Source: Callorhinchus milii
Lineage: Eukaryota
Direction: 5' to 3'
Length of the DNA stretch: 64,000 bases
Assembly: GCF_018977255.1 (NCBI RefSeq)
Contig: NW_024704743.1
Coordinates: 104,658,001 to 104,722,000 of the forward strand
Shown here piece after piece: positions 1 through 14,431 of this stretch. The position numbers and the translations under genes are program-made. The notes under the pieces are model-generated. The model ran no database searches, had not been told where the DNA came from, and saw only the letters and a list, made by a program, of their open reading frames with translations. The first letter of the stretch is position 1, and each line of letters begins with the position of its first letter.

Positions 1-2387
1 TTGTATTGTATTAAATTGAGGGTCTATCTGCTTGTCCCGTGGCACTATTCGAAAAGAGAAGGGTGTTTCTACTGGTGTCTTGGACAACAATCCCCCAGAT
101 AAGATCGATCGCCTCCTGACGTGAAAGGCGCTATATAAATGTAATTTTGTTGTTGTTGATCATTCTTTATTGGACAGCATTGTGTGCAAATTGGCTGCCA
201 TATTCACTTACAAAATACACTGTCACTGCACTTTATAGGGTATTCTGTAAAGTACTTTGAGACATTCTCACTGTCTATGAATTTCACCATGCGTTTCACA
301 GATTCGAAGATGCAATTAATACAGAGAACATGCTTTGAATTTGGTTTGAATTAGATCCCAGTGTTTTCTGATCAACCAAATGTGCACTGAAAGGAATTAA
401 ATAGGAGTAACACTGAGAGACTGTTGGATTTCATGTGAATTATTGCCATCTTATTAATAATGCACAGCTTCCACCATTAAAATTCTATTCAATCTTTTAA
501 GAAATATTCCACAATGGAAATGTTTGCAGCCAGTTGAGGCACTGCCCTTAGGAAACAGCCTGCAATCTCCTGAATTCTAAGGTACTGATTCAAGGGAACT
601 TCAATGTGTATTCTATTGATCTGAAAGGTAGGAAAGCAACCATCGTCTTTTCATAACTTACCACAGTGTCAACAGCCGAATAAATATTCCTTTAACAATC
701 CATCCTGCTGGTTATAAGGACTGTCAAGTGATAAGCAGAAACAAATCTAATACCTTATCAAGTCTTATAGCTTGGATAATTACATATAAGTAAAAACTAT
801 TGTCATAACATTTTGCTAATTTTATTGATACCATTAATTTACAAATTAATGGATATCTAACATGACAAACAAAGGTGTTACGTGTTTAAAAGGCTATTCT
901 TGGATGAGGGGGAGATGTTTAAATCAATGCATAAGCTAAATATTTGGCATGTAAACAGTTCCAGGACTAACATTCTAGCTTCATTTAAGTTTTATTGCAT
1001 GTTCCAGAAAGATTCATCTCAGCTCCAGCAACTGGTATGGCATTGCTTGTAAGGTTGTAAAAGTGAACTCATTACAAAGAATTTATAAGCATGTCACAAA
1101 TCACGACAAAAGAAAAGATACAAAGAAAGACTACAAGCTCTCCACTGAAAGAGAGTGTTATTCTGTGGGATGTGTGCTAAAATGTAAAGATAGTCAAGAC
1201 ACTCAAAATGCAGGATAATGTAGAACAATCCTAAAGACATGCTTTTGAAAAGGCATTCAGTGTCATATGTCTTGATAATAAGGCACAACCATAATGTGGA
1301 TGAATCTTATCATCAAATATCACTCAATCCACTACTGTTTGCGGGAGGGACACTGTTGTGTGCAATTGGTTGCCGCATTTCGCCCACAAAATATACACTC
1401 AAATATCCCATGAAGCGCTTTGAGACATGTTGAAGACATGATAAGGCATTATAAAAATGTAATTTTGTTATTGTTTCGTTGTTGTTGCTCCATACATTCC
1501 CCCAACTTAGCAAACGCTAGGAATTCTCTTGCCCAAAATAAACCGGGGAGGGAAGAAACAATAAAATAATATATATATATTACAAAGGGATTCTATTCTG
1601 AGAAGTTTGAGGGTCACTGCTTCAGGTCCCTTGCCCAATCTGCCCTAACATCACTGAATGTGCCTTCAGCCATTCTGCCCCCATGCTAAGGAATTCCATC
1701 CCAGAGACACCTCCATCCAACCTCCTCCCTTCCTTTTCAATTGCATTTGCAGCCAGCTTTCTCCCTTCCTAAGTGCCCTTCCCCATATCCCAGCTCAGGC
1801 TCCCAGTCAGCTGTATAAAGCACTTTCAGACGTCCTCCTGATGTGAAAGATGTTAAATGTAAATATAAATTGTTGTTGTTGGTTAGCTGAATGGCCTACT
1901 CCTGTTACAATGTGCCTGTGGCGTGTCATCAATTTAGAATTTGTACTCCTGACAGATAGATTTTTCAAGAAGCACAGCCATGTAGATTGTTGTACAGCTC
2001 ACAATCTTATTACTCGACATGTCTATCTGGTAAATCTATCTCCGAAGACATTTGATCATTGTGGATATTATGCTGCGGAGCTGCCTGTCTCTGTAGTGCA
2101 GCAGAACAAATTAATTCTACAGCAAGAAAGGTTATGGGAAAATAATGGCAAAATAAATTCACCATTTAAAGTAGTGCAGGTCTTGCATGTCAAAGAGCGA
2201 GATGAGCAAAATTCTTTAGACGGTTTAAAGAAACATTACTCGTTCAGTCCTGCATTGAGTTTGCTCCCACCCCCGCCCAGATGCCCAGCCATCATTGCCA
2301 AGCATTTGAAAGATGCTATACAAGTGTAAATTGAATTCTATGACTATTATTCCACATCCCTTTCTTGAGGAAAATTTATTTCCATTA

Positions 2388-2750
2388 GTCTAGGCTCAGT
2401 TAGTAATACTCTTGGTTGTGTCAGAAGGGTATGGGTGCCAGTCCCAAGTTGAGACTTCAGCTCAAAGTGTAAATGGATATCCCAGTGCAGTATCATAGCA
2501 ATGTTGGAGGTGCAATCCTTCAAGTGAGTTGTTAAATTGAGTTTCCATCTTTGTGTTATAGATGGACACGCAAGATCCTGTGACATTATTTGAAAAAAGA
2601 ATCTTTACAGTGTCCTGGCGGGCAACAAACGTCCAGATAAATGGGACTGTCACCTCATAGCTGGGTGTGAGATCTTACTATGTGCAAAGTGCTATGTTTC
2701 ACAATAATATAATGAAGCTTTTTCAGACACGTTGACATGATTAAGTGCAA
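2388..2750 (+). mobile_element. SINE family B (degraded)
   Basis: ggctcagttagtaatactc...gtcagaagg head and Deu core; another partial copy at 1-270. Confidence 0.65.
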
Positions 2751-5330
2751 CAAAGTTTGTTCGTTCATACTTTCTTCTTTTACTTGCCACAAAGTATAAT
2801 GTTTCCAGATCTATGTATTTATTATGAATTGATTTATGTATTGCTCGTTGAACATTAATTTATTGGAGCAGTTTGGATTCAATACACGATTGATCCAGTT
2901 TTCCAGGACTGTTCTGAGTCACTGGTCTCCATCAGTGAAGCTGGAGCAATTGCACACAATCCCCCTCAGTGCACAGTGTAAATCCTATTATAATGCAAAG
3001 CCTCGAAATAAAATAAACATTACCTATGAAAAATTTACAGTATATTAAACATGTGCTGATGTTAAATCAATCCTACTTTTACAAAAAGTAACAATTCACA
3101 TCTAATGCAGTTACTATTTTGCACCAACCAGTACTGTGTTAGTTAGCTTCATTTGTGACAATCTCACAAATGGGGAATCATGGTTACATGTCTCGCTCAC
3201 ACTGTTGTTTAATAGAGGAAGCTGGAGCTTCAAGTTTGTTCATTCATGCACATAATTACTAGCTCTTGCCTTCTTGTGATGTTTCTTAATGTCTGGCAAG
3301 AAATGATAGCAAACTGAGTGAGCGCTTTTGTAGCTTTAGATAATGAATCTTATTTTACATTGAGCTTCCCTCTGCCAATCCATTTCACCATCTCGACTTT
3401 TTGTTTGTGATCATGGCTGGCATTTTGCTTTCGGGCCATTTCTTAAGGCCTGAAAAATCAGACAAAAAGCCAGAGTGTCCTCCAGGCACAATGACTGTCG
3501 AGTATTCAACAAGTGTGATGGAGAGCACCGAGCAAGGAGAAAGGAGATGTTGACCAAAAGTACGAGATATGTTTCTAAGAGGGTTTTGAAGGCAGGGAGA
3601 GAATAAGTAAAGCAATAAGATTTTTGTAGAGTTTTAGAGGGCAGAGGGTTGGCATATGAAGTGTGGGACAAAAGGAGTGGAGAGCAAACAATTGGTCAGT
3701 ATAATGGGAAGAGTGGGTGATACGAGAAGCAAAATACGACTAGAATAAATCACTTTTACATTGAAAGTTGAATTGAATATTTCATATTCATATATATCAA
3801 CTAATAATAGCTTGCATCATTTAATTCATTTCACGTAAACTAATAATTATCCTTACATTTGACATAGCAATATCTCAAAGCAATTCACTACATAGATATA
3901 TCTCAAAGGATTTACTGTATAGTGCAGCCACTGTACTTTTTGTAGGCATCAGTAATGTTTCACAATCAACTAGGAGGTGACTGACCAACTTAATGTCTTA
4001 AAGCAATTTACAAAATATAATCAATTACAAATGGAAGTGAATATTACTGTTCAGGCAAATATTGCAACTAATATGAAGAGAGAATTTGTGTTCACTCCAG
4101 CTTTGGAAGTAGACAAACAATTGTGATGTTTATTATCAGATCCAATAACGCATGCATCGGAATCTGTCAATAACATCACTTTTTTNGAGCATTACGCACT
4201 GTTGAGCATTGACTTTGGCGATGCTTATCTTTTATGCAATCTCCCATTACAGTTGTGCATGGCCAAAGGCACTTTGTGTTAGGCTGAATAAATGTTTTAC
4301 CCACATGTGGCTACAGTTTGTATATAACCAAATTGCAAAAACTGTGGGAATGTTAAGTTTCCCTGTGAGATTATTCCAAGACTCATCTCCAATCCAGGGT
4401 ACTGTAATACCAGCAGTCGTATTATCCTTTGGGAAAACTGCCCAACTGTTTTTTTCATAATGCCCTTTCCCAAATTCATCTTCAGAAAGCAGGGTAAGAA
4501 AATACAGCTTAAATTGGCAGTTTTACACCTCAGCTGGAGCTAACAGCTATGATTTTTCCTCCTTGCACACACTACTCAACTGAAAATAGATATAGCCACC
4601 CTCAGGCAAAGCCTTGCTCTGAAAAACTCAACACTTATTTTACTATTACTTAAATTAGCAAGCTTCATCCTTGCATATAGGCCACATCATTGTGCCATTT
4701 ACATAGTCAGTTTGTTTCTGATTAATGAGCAAAAACATGCTTAATTTATCACTGCCATTAGATATCAGTTGCTACAAATGCTTTTTATTCCATCCCTGTG
4801 TGGTCGCTTTTCAAGCTGTCACAACACACTAACTTTTACTAGATTGCTTGTAAAGAGTTTCGGAGGTGAGAAACGTCTAAATAAATCAAGAAAAGTAATG
4901 TAAGAGAAAGGCACCCAGTGAATCATGATACAAGACCCATAAATAAAGCCACTTAAACAGCAAGTATAATGTTGAATTCTGCAGTGTTAGAATATGTATG
5001 ATTAGTATTCAGTTATAATATAATCTCACAGCAAATCTTGCACTTTTGCAAACCTTAACTCACATTGAATAAAATAAATCTAATTTGCAATAGTATATTT
5101 TTAGATGCTATTAAAGGTGTGCGACAGCAGAGTGGGAAATAGGTTTGATGGGTCAGAATTTCAATGCAGTGAAGAAGCTGTAAAACACGATTTTTGGAGC
5201 TTTCTTGAATCAAATGGGAATTTCAGAAGAGTACTGTCCATAGTTGTGATGATAAAATAGAGAAATACAAGAAACACTATGATCAAAAGAAACAGCATGA
5301 AGGCTAGAGATGGGAGAAGTAATGGTGGTA

Positions 5331-5510
5331 AACTTTATCTTGTATCAGGTTCAGAAGTGAAGGAGCTGACAGTCTTTATCTTGCATCAGATGACAAGCGT
5401 GTCTTGTTTCAGGTAACAAGCTTTGCCTTGGATTAAATGACAAGCTCTGTCTTGTATCAGATGGTAAGCCTTGCCTTGTATCAGATAATATGTTTGGTCT
5501 TTATCTTGTC
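5331..5510 (+). repeat. Degenerate ~24-bp minisatellite, about 6 units
   Basis: Units such as ctttatcttgcatcagatgacaag, ctctgtcttgtatcagatggtaag and ccttgccttgtatcagataata. Confidence 0.7.
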
Positions 5511-7089
5511 GGCAAGTGCGGCAGATTTATTTTACAAAGCACGAATGTAAAAGACTTAATCATTTGCAATATAGTCATTGGTACACCATTCCAATGATTA
5601 TGTTTTATGCCTTCTTTAGGACAAAGTTATTTTCACTCAGATACCAAACAGTGAGACATAGAATATGGACCATAAATCACTAAGTCTGATAAACTGTTTA
5701 TTTTTTCATCCTTTTATTGCTACTCCATTTACTTGTAGAGCAAATGTTACATTCAGTTAAACTTATAATCATTGATATGGTTAATTAGCTAGTAGAATAC
5801 ATTTGCACAATTTTAGATATTGCAGACATGTGAGGTTTCTGAACAGTGGCTCTAAAACTGAGAACAAATAAAATTAAAGTTATGGGGGTTGGCATTAGGG
5901 TGGGTCGTTCCTGTGGGGTTTTCACTTCCAGCAAAAACAATAACTGGTACAAAGTCCCCTTCACAGAGCATAACGGCTCAGCACTCTTCACAGTGGTGGG
6001 GTTCGAGAAGTGGGAGTGGTTCCACTGATAATAATCAGGGACTCGAAATTATTGTGGTCAATAATTCTCAACTGCCTGTGGGTGTGAACCCCCCACCATG
6101 ATTTCAGCACAATGTCCAGACGTAGAGCCAAGACTGAAGCATGACATCTGAGTTGTTGGCATGAGGAGCAAGACATTTGTGAGGTGGCTGCTTCTCCAGA
6201 CATTGATCCATCTCAATAGAACAATTTGTGGAGTCCAGACAGCTCAGACTTAATATGAGTGGTGAGTTTTGAGAAATAGACTGTGCTGGAGGGAGGGAGC
6301 CAGTGTGTGTCTTAAAATGTAAGATTGCACAAAATTGTGGGAAATTATTCAATTTAATTTTAATTTGGAAACTGAGACTCTTTAAGAACTGCAGGAATCT
6401 GTCTTCCAAATTGAGACTGAACTGGTGAAGAGTTCATTTGAGGGGTATGAAAGATAATAGTGTCAAATAATTTATTATTGTTTTTCATTTTACTGTCCTT
6501 ACTTTGGCCACACAATCTTTTCTGTCTCTGTATATGTTCTTTATAATAATAATAATCTTTGAATTTGATGTAGCGCCTTTCACATTTGGAGGATGTCTCC
6601 ATGCGCTTCACAGAATCCAATGCAAAGTGTAGTTGTCATGTAACTTGTAGGCAAACAAGTGAAGCACAGATGGAATATTCAAAATATTAAAAACATTTTA
6701 AAAAAATATATTCTTTAACAAGAATACATAAGAATGTTTCACTGTATATAAATAGATCTTAATCTGGATATTGATTGCTCAGTGAAAGCATCCAAACAAT
6801 GTGAAGTTGTTAACAGTAATGTTGATCACGTACTGTGAAGATATAACTCTTGTACAGCGATGTCTTTCACAATCATTCGACCAAAAGTCAATACAACCTT
6901 CAATTGATTGTTGGTAAGGTCACATTTGGAACAATGGTGTAATCTTCTACAATATTTCATAGCAGACTACTTGGTGATCACATTACAAAAATGCACTATT
7001 ATATTAACGTTATTTATTATTATATTCAAATTATATTATTCATATTGTGAAACATCGCATTTCTCACCTTATTTGATTGCATGACCTTA

Positions 7090-7497
7090 AAAAAGTTCTA
7101 AAACACTTTTAGGACCTCTCAAATCGTGAGGATGCTTCAAAGCACCTCATAGGATTTTACTGTAAACTGCAGTGACTGTGTATTTTATAGTGAACACAGC
7201 AGTCAATTTTATGTACAGCAATAACCCACAAACAGCCATGAAGTGAAAGACCAATTTTATCTGAGAGGATTGTTGGCCAGGACATAAGAGAAACGCTCTC
7301 CTCATTTTGAATAAAACTTTTAACATCCACCTAAACAGGCAACAATGGGACTTTGGTTGATCTCATCCAAAGGATGCAACCCCAGCACTGCACTTGAGGA
7401 CCAACTTAGACTGTGAGTTCAAAGTGTTGATATGCGGCTTGAACCCAACAACCTTCTGACCCAGAGGTGAGTGCTACCAACTGAGCCAGGCTGCCAT
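7090..7497 (-). mobile_element. Older tRNA-Deu-L2 SINE (family B, SacSINE1-like)
   Basis: Head cagcctggctcagttggtagcactc...gggttcaagcc, Deu core (cctgtttaggtggatgttaaa...tgtcctggccaacaat) and L2 tail. Confidence 0.8.
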
Positions 7498-10199
7498 ACA
7501 AATATAATCTGAAGATAGTGCAATTATCCACCTCAATGGAGCACTGATGTGCAGGAAGTGGTGGGTTGTAGATTTCCTTAATGTGATCTTTTGAATGATG
7601 CTTTGAGCTGCATTACAATGAGGAAGTGCTCTCGCAGAAGCTAGCTGGAGCTTCTCTACAGGAGGATGGTAAATCAAGTAAACCATCTGTCCATCATGTG
7701 TAGTTTCCAGGAGCTGCTTCAATGTTACATCAGCCAAGAGCAAGGCCTCGGGCCAGTCATAAACAGCTCCTTAATCAAGAATGGTGTTGATCAAGGAACA
7801 GGAATACCACAATTTCTTCCCATGTAAACAAATATGTGACTAAAACTATTCATTGTTTCTTTATGGGTTATTATTATTATATGATATATCATTATAAGTC
7901 TATTTTCTTGGGAACCATACAAAGACTATAACTGTGCATGTGTTTCCTTCTTTCATGTTCTTCCACTTGCTACATAAATATAATAATAACGCCCTGTAAT
8001 AACAGGAGAGGTGCAATGTCCACTCTTTGACCCATCTCCATCGTCCAATACTTTGCCACTGATGCTTATACTGCAGATTTTATTTAGGCTTTATGTGCAC
8101 AGAGTCACCGCTGTTAGTTTCAACACAACAATTGATTTAATTTAAGCAAAGTGCTGATTGAACTCCCATGCGCCCTTGTCCGGATGCCTTGTTGTTATGC
8201 AGAGCTTTTTCAATGTAGTTGCAGTAATCCATGTTACATTGTTGGCAGGTTTCTAATTGAAGAAAAGTCAGCATTTATTTGGTTGACAGATATTTTAATT
8301 GGAAAACAAAAAGTGGGGTTTCGATTCAGACTGATTGACCCACTTCACTGACAAGAATGTTGTGTTACCTTCACTAGAGATTTGAGCACATAAAATCAGC
8401 TTGTTTTATCTCAGTGAACAGTAAGTGATTTATGGAGGTAAGTGTAAGTGGACACCATTTCAATGCTTTCGTACAGTTGGAATGCAGAGAGTCATGATAA
8501 TATAGAACTCACTGCCGAGAGTTGTTTTAATGTCTCATCTGAAGGACCCAGTGCTTCTCTAGTACTGCACTGGATTGTCAGCACTGGAGTGTCTGCCTTT
8601 GTTTCCTTGGTGATTTCCAGTGTTAAACATTATAATACCGAAACAAATCCTAATATAATCATTTGAAGGAAGTCTGATTTACTCTGATAGCAGCATGGTT
8701 TGCAATTACATTTTGCCTCTTTATTACACAGTATTTCTCAAGGGCTTGATGACATTGTAATACTGCTATGCTAACATTACCTTAATAACAACAATCAATA
8801 ATATTGGTCTAATGGCACAGTGAGCTGGTGTTTAACGTGTTAAGTCATTTGAGGAATAGATCTCTGGTTGCAAAATGTGTTTAGGTGTGGACTTAGTTCC
8901 GGCTGATAGGTGAACCTTGCCGAGCAGACTTGAAGCAGTTCTTTACAGGAAGAAATAGAAAATCAGAAAACAAGACCTTCTTCTGCCAGAAATCTCTTGT
9001 CAACCAGATCAAAAACAGCAAAGCTCCATGATAAAGTAACTCCCTCTTTCCTACTACCTATGGCTGAACCTTATGCTACTGTGTCCCTGACCTCCAGATC
9101 TTTCACACAATATCTGTTTGCCTCGCTTTCTCTTTCCTGCCTTTGAAACCCTCAGCTCTTTGACTATGCTTTCAAATAATAATCACTGCATTTGATATAG
9201 TACCTGACTGCATTAAAACATCTGAAAACTTCGCAGGATTTACTGTAACGTTTGTTGACGCCTCAACAACCTTATTTCTCTCTGCTCAGTGCTACCTGGC
9301 ACATTTGTAATAATTTTGAGACATCGGTTCTATGTGAAAGGCACTATATAAATGCAAGTAAGTTGTTATGGTTAATTACAATAACTTGCTCCATCTCCAG
9401 TTAGAACATTGTGTGTTTCAAGAAATTGTTGACGGAGGCGGAGGTGTGGGGGCGGCATTAATAAAAGTAAGGTTTGTTTCAGGTAATGCAGGTAATAAAA
9501 CAAGTAATTTGGTTAGTGCCAAGAAATCAGAGTTGTATGCAAAGGAAGAGATTGAATCAATAGGTTTGCCAATTAAGTGCAATTTGCTCACCACTAAGGT
9601 AAATCACCACAACAGTACAGAAGCCAGTGAAGTATCAGATGACCATTGCCAAGTACAGTATTGCCACCTGGTGCTCATTGTTATTACTGTTATGCTGCAT
9701 GCATTAAAGTACATCTCAGCAACTGCATGTTAATTTTGTTATTTAAATCAGAATAATCTGCATTTGATATAGTGTCTCACGTCGGGAGAATTTCTCAAAA
9801 GGGTTTCATAGGATTTACTGTAAAGCCTATGAATTTGTGCATTTTGTAGGTGAACGTGGCAGCCAATTTGCACACAACAGAAATGAGGGTTGTGGACAAG
9901 TGGAAGGGTATGGACTGAGTTGGTCACTGAGACAACATGGCATGTATAGAACTCAGAAGATGATCATAAAGGGTTGCATGTGGGTTTATTGCAACTTGCC
10001 TTTCATGGTCGGACAAGGACACTTTCAAGGTAGGATTGAGCAATGAGTACTGATGAAATTACTGCTTATATCTTTCTTTTTTGAATAGTGACAATGGATT
10101 GTGAATGTCCACCTAACATCTGACCTGAAAGACGGCATCTTTAGGAATGCAGCGCTCCCAACTATGTACTGAAGTGTCAGCCTAGACTATCAGCATCTA

Positions 10200-10750
10200 A
10201 AATGTTAAAAGCTGAGAATTCAAAAGCACTGTTGAGGGTGTACAGGACAGTTTTGAGACCACACATTGAATGCAATTTAGGGCTCTTGAAGGACATATTG
10301 ACTTTTGGGAGTCTAGTGTAGGTTTATTATAGTGATCTATAATGAAAGGCAGGGTACTTGGGGGATGTACTCTCTGGTGATGAATTTTCGTAGTGATTTA
10401 ATCGGTGTTCACATTTCTAAAAGAGCTTGGAGTGTTCATAAGTTACAAGAGGAAATTAACTTAAAAATAAGGGCAACAGGTTAGGACTAAGATAAGGAAA
10501 AAATTGTTCTCACAAAGAGTAAAGAGAAGCTGGACTGCACTGTCCACAAACCATTGATGAGAAATTAGTTGAGAGACTTAAGAGAAAGATTGATAAATAC
10601 TTGGTGAGTAAAAAAAAATTAAAGCATATGTCAGGGAGACAGGGATTTGGAATTAGGGAACGTCATACTACACAAGTTATGGAATGGTCTGCATTGGAGC
10701 AAAAACAATGGGCCAACAGCCTTTTCCTGTTCCTAATTACATATGTTCTA
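10200..10750 (+). mobile_element. Old, degraded CR1 3' fragment
   Basis: LRVYRTVLRPH-like remnant, ttctcacaaagagt, ends gttcctaattacatatgttcta. Confidence 0.55.
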
Positions 10751-10869
10751 CAGACACTCCTGATGTTAGGCTTTTTTGCAAATTGGTTTGTCATTGGCAC
10801 AATTTTGCTTCAAATTTAAAGAAGTCAATTAGGTGTTGCATATGAGAGCTAACAGTGCCCATGGAACTG

Positions 10870-13490
10870 TACCAGAGCATGAGTCAGTGGCTTTATTAGA
10901 GGAGGAAGAAAATTGGACCAAGTAAACATCTATTATATTTCCTGTCACTACAACAAGAAAACTAGTTTGTTGCTGCATAGCAGATTAACATAAACAGAGG
11001 CCATCTGGGTTGTGTTATCGCATTTAGATCCGGCACTCTTTTGCGCATTTTAATAACACAGAAATCCAGACCAATTTAAATTGAATGTGGAAGGAAAGTT
11101 AACTTATACGTAGATTCACTTATAGCAGTGACGTCTGTGGTTGAACAGAATTCTTAAGATCATGTAGCACTATCAGATGTTTGCCTTTTATAACCAATGC
11201 CAAAGTAGTTTCACATCGAGGTTTAATATTCCACCTTTTGCTCACACCCAGACCAAATGCAATTTGCTGGCATGTGGTCTGTACCAATAGAATATTAGGA
11301 GGCCACATCAGTGTCCCGGCACCACATTAACCTTTATAAAGAGTTGTGTAAAAACCCACAGTACATTTTCTGTACCCTACAGAAGTGGCTGGTACAGTAG
11401 CAGATTTTGCAGTACATAGAAAGAAAAATATACTTGACTTTTGAAGCAGAAAACATTTTCATATTCAGCATTCTTCACACATAGCAATATAAAATGTTCA
11501 TATTAAAACAAGTCAGTGACCAACATTTACCTTATTTGCAAAACATGGAAAACAAGAGGTGAAATCAGTGCCTGAGATTTTCTTTGAGATCAAGGATTCA
11601 TTTTGTCTTGTATTAAAAGTTATAAATAAAAACTACTTTTTTAAAAAATACATTTACTTAAGAATATGTAAACAGGAATAAGTCTTCAACAAATTTCACT
11701 GAAATTGAATGTAGGTAAAACAATGTGTGCGATATGTCAATGGCTTTCACTGCTGATGTTAATGAACACTGTTGTTCTAAAGGACCACATGCATGATCTC
11801 TCACATTCGTTTGTCCCTAACAGTTAGTTACAAAAGAAACTTCGTCTGAGGAGCAATGGACACAATTGTTATGGTATTTTTGCAGTCTTAAAATCCAAGT
11901 TCTGTGTTGGATACCTAAGCACAAGGTAAATACACTCACGGCAAATATATCAAGGGTGAAAAATGTGGCATTAGCACAAATCACATCGCATTTTTCAGCC
12001 CGCTACTTTTAATACTTCTGAATTACGCATACTGGTCGGGTATTCCAGTGACATATGTTTTCAATACGCACTGTACAATTTTTTTAAAATGATCATGTAA
12101 CAATTTCATTATTTAATGACTGTTCAGAAACTTTATAATTGAGCATTTACAAAGTTACATCACATCAGTGTTAAGGTGGGTATTACGGTTGGCGTGTTAC
12201 AAAAATTATTTATATAAAATTAAAAATGCAAATATAATCTGACAAAATTTCCTTTAAGAGGCATAATGATTAGCACCATATTTGTACATAATGTTTCCCC
12301 GGCATTGTGTAGTGTGAGGTACAATTGGTAGCATGAGGACAATTGGTCCTTATACAATCACTGTCATGGCTTTTTCACTTTCCTCAATATGTACTGAAAA
12401 ATATTCTGACCACACAGTTGGAAAATAATATTAATAATAATCCTTGGTTTTGGTATAGCGTCTTTCACGCCAGGAGGACATCCCAAAGCGCTTTACAGGA
12501 TATATTGCAAAGTGAAGTGACTCAGTTTTTTGGCTGAAAGCGGCAGCCAATTTGCGTGCAGCAATGTCTCACAAACAGCCATCGACCAATGACCAGAAAT
12601 GCCAAATAGTCTTTAGACAATACATGTGTATGAGAAAAATTCACTTTTCTGATGTTTATCACTGCTTCAAATAAATTAATTTTAACGAAATGCAGAACAT
12701 AACAGTATAGTGTATAGTAAGTAATATGTGCTAGCAATGCGTTTTGAAATGATAATAGTGTACAAGGAAATATCGTGATGAAAGAACAATGGATACAAGT
12801 GTTATTTTCCAGACAAATCATGACTGTCTTGCAATGTGAGTAGTTTAATTTTTGAACATCAAGTAGTTCAGTTCCTTAATTCCTTACTGCAGGTCACGTA
12901 GTACTTTGAGGAAACTGTCATAAACTGACTTTTTTTTCTCATGCTGCGTTTACCCTGCAGTGAAATGTCACAATGTTGTCAGCGAATCAAATACTCAATA
13001 TTAAAGGTTCTGAGGCAGCTGAAGCCTTGCTCCCGACATAACTTTTGAGGACATGTTTCCAGGAGGGAAGAGTTCCATTCTTATCGCAGGATAAATGCGG
13101 TGGCTGTGGATTTCACTTATTTCATTTATTTCCCCCTTTCAAAGCCACAACAAATCAAGTTTAGTTTTATTAAGGAGTTAATCAGGTGACCTCCTCGATA
13201 ATAACATTAAAAATAAACACCCAATTTGTGGTCCTTCACATTTGCTAAGTAATATTGCCAGGCAGAGGAGTGACATTGCTCCCTGTAGTGTAAACACAGC
13301 ATCAGATGATATTGCTTAAATCGATAACAGAAGCAGTGCAGAGAGCCAGGGGTGATCACACCCACTTTTAGTGACCTGAAACATCTTTTTGTTTGTTATC
13401 CAGACATCAGTAGACGATGCAAGAAGTTGTGAAACTATTTTTTCTTTTTTACGCAAGGAACAGTTTTTGTTTCAGAGCTGCACCTGAAGA
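10870..13490 (-). other. Putative 3' UTR of the peroxidasin-like gene (3' end uncertain)
   Basis: AT-rich, mostly unique sequence after the stop. Candidate minus-strand poly(A) signals: AATAAA at 13166-13171, 13125-13130 and 10892-10897, ATTAAA at 12112-12117. Confidence 0.4.
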
Positions 13491-13604
13491 TTATTTTCTG
13501 CTTTCTGGCTTCACGCAGGTAGGACAGCACCTCCCTTTCTTTGTGGTTGGTTTGGTGCACTCCAGCGGAGGACATGTCTCTACATAGCAAGTCACCTGGC
13601 CATT
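13491..13604 (-). CDS. PXDNL: Peroxidasin-like exon 23, terminal coding part (end of VWC domain, stop)
   Basis: cag|NGQVTCYVETCPPLECTKPTTKKGRCCPTCVKPESRK*. TAA at 13491-13493; VWC CCPxC motif present. Confidence 0.94.
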   Translation of the reverse strand, partial: NGQVTCYVETCPPLECTKPTTKKGRCCPTCVKPESRK

Positions 13605-14317
13605 CTGAAACAAGATTTCACAGCGAGAGCATTACAGTGTTGCGAACATTACAGCGCTCCGAGACGCCATCCGGCGTGAAGGGCGCTATATCAATGCAAG
13701 TTGTTGTTGCTACTTTTGTGCAGGTGGTGAGAAAAGTGGCTAAATATATAGCTCAAACTCCTTTGGGCGAGACTGGATCTCATGCCCATCTACGTCAGTT
13801 GTGAGTTGTTATGGGTGTAGCTTGTGCTCAGTGGACATTAATTAATAGTTCAAAGGGCGATAGAGTATTAAACAATCTACTTTTTACATTCCAGCTTCAG
13901 CTTAAAAACAAAAAAGCAGAACAACGGCTGTTTTTGATGTCAATAATTTACATTTATATCATAGCTTTCACATCGGGAGGATGTCTCAAAGCACGTCACG
14001 TGCCACAGGCGAGATACAGGAAGTGGGAGTGGAGGCTCAAGGATCAGTTAAAGGCGATTCCTTTGCACACACATGACCCCAGATTACTTATGACTGTCAA
14101 TTTTAAGTTTCGAAGCATTCATCTTTTTAATCCTTTTATTTCTAAAACTCTCAATTTACCTTTGTTTCTTTGGCTAACTAACTTAACCACTACCTGGTCC
14201 CAGGATGTACAGAAACAGTCAGCCAAGGGAGACAAGAGTTGCTATAGACTTGACAGCAGTCTACATGTTAAATCATCTGCAAAGGAAATCCTAAATGGCT
14301 TGCAGTATCACACACAC

Positions 14318-14431
14318 CTTACAGTAACAGGTAGTACAGTCTTCCTTTTTCCAGTGATCATTTTCATTCATGTGTTTTCCCTTTTCATCTATACAGCCAT
14401 CCTGTTTCAGACGGGCTTCCAGTTTGTTGAT
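14318..14431 (-). CDS. PXDNL: Peroxidasin-like exon 22 (start of VWC domain)
   Basis: 114 nt, cag|...|gtgtgt. Translates INKLEARLKQDGCIDEKGKHMNENDHWKKEDCTTCYCK. Confidence 0.93.

Noticed and set aside
4186..4186. Single ambiguous base n
   Set aside because: Assembly ambiguity, not biology.
5331..5510. Regularly spaced ~24-bp repeats resembling a CRISPR array
   Set aside because: Units are contiguous with no unique spacers, in a vertebrate context; a minisatellite.
1..10800. Search for exons of a neighbouring gene such as SNTG1
   Set aside because: No ORF or exon with recognisable protein similarity was found by eye.
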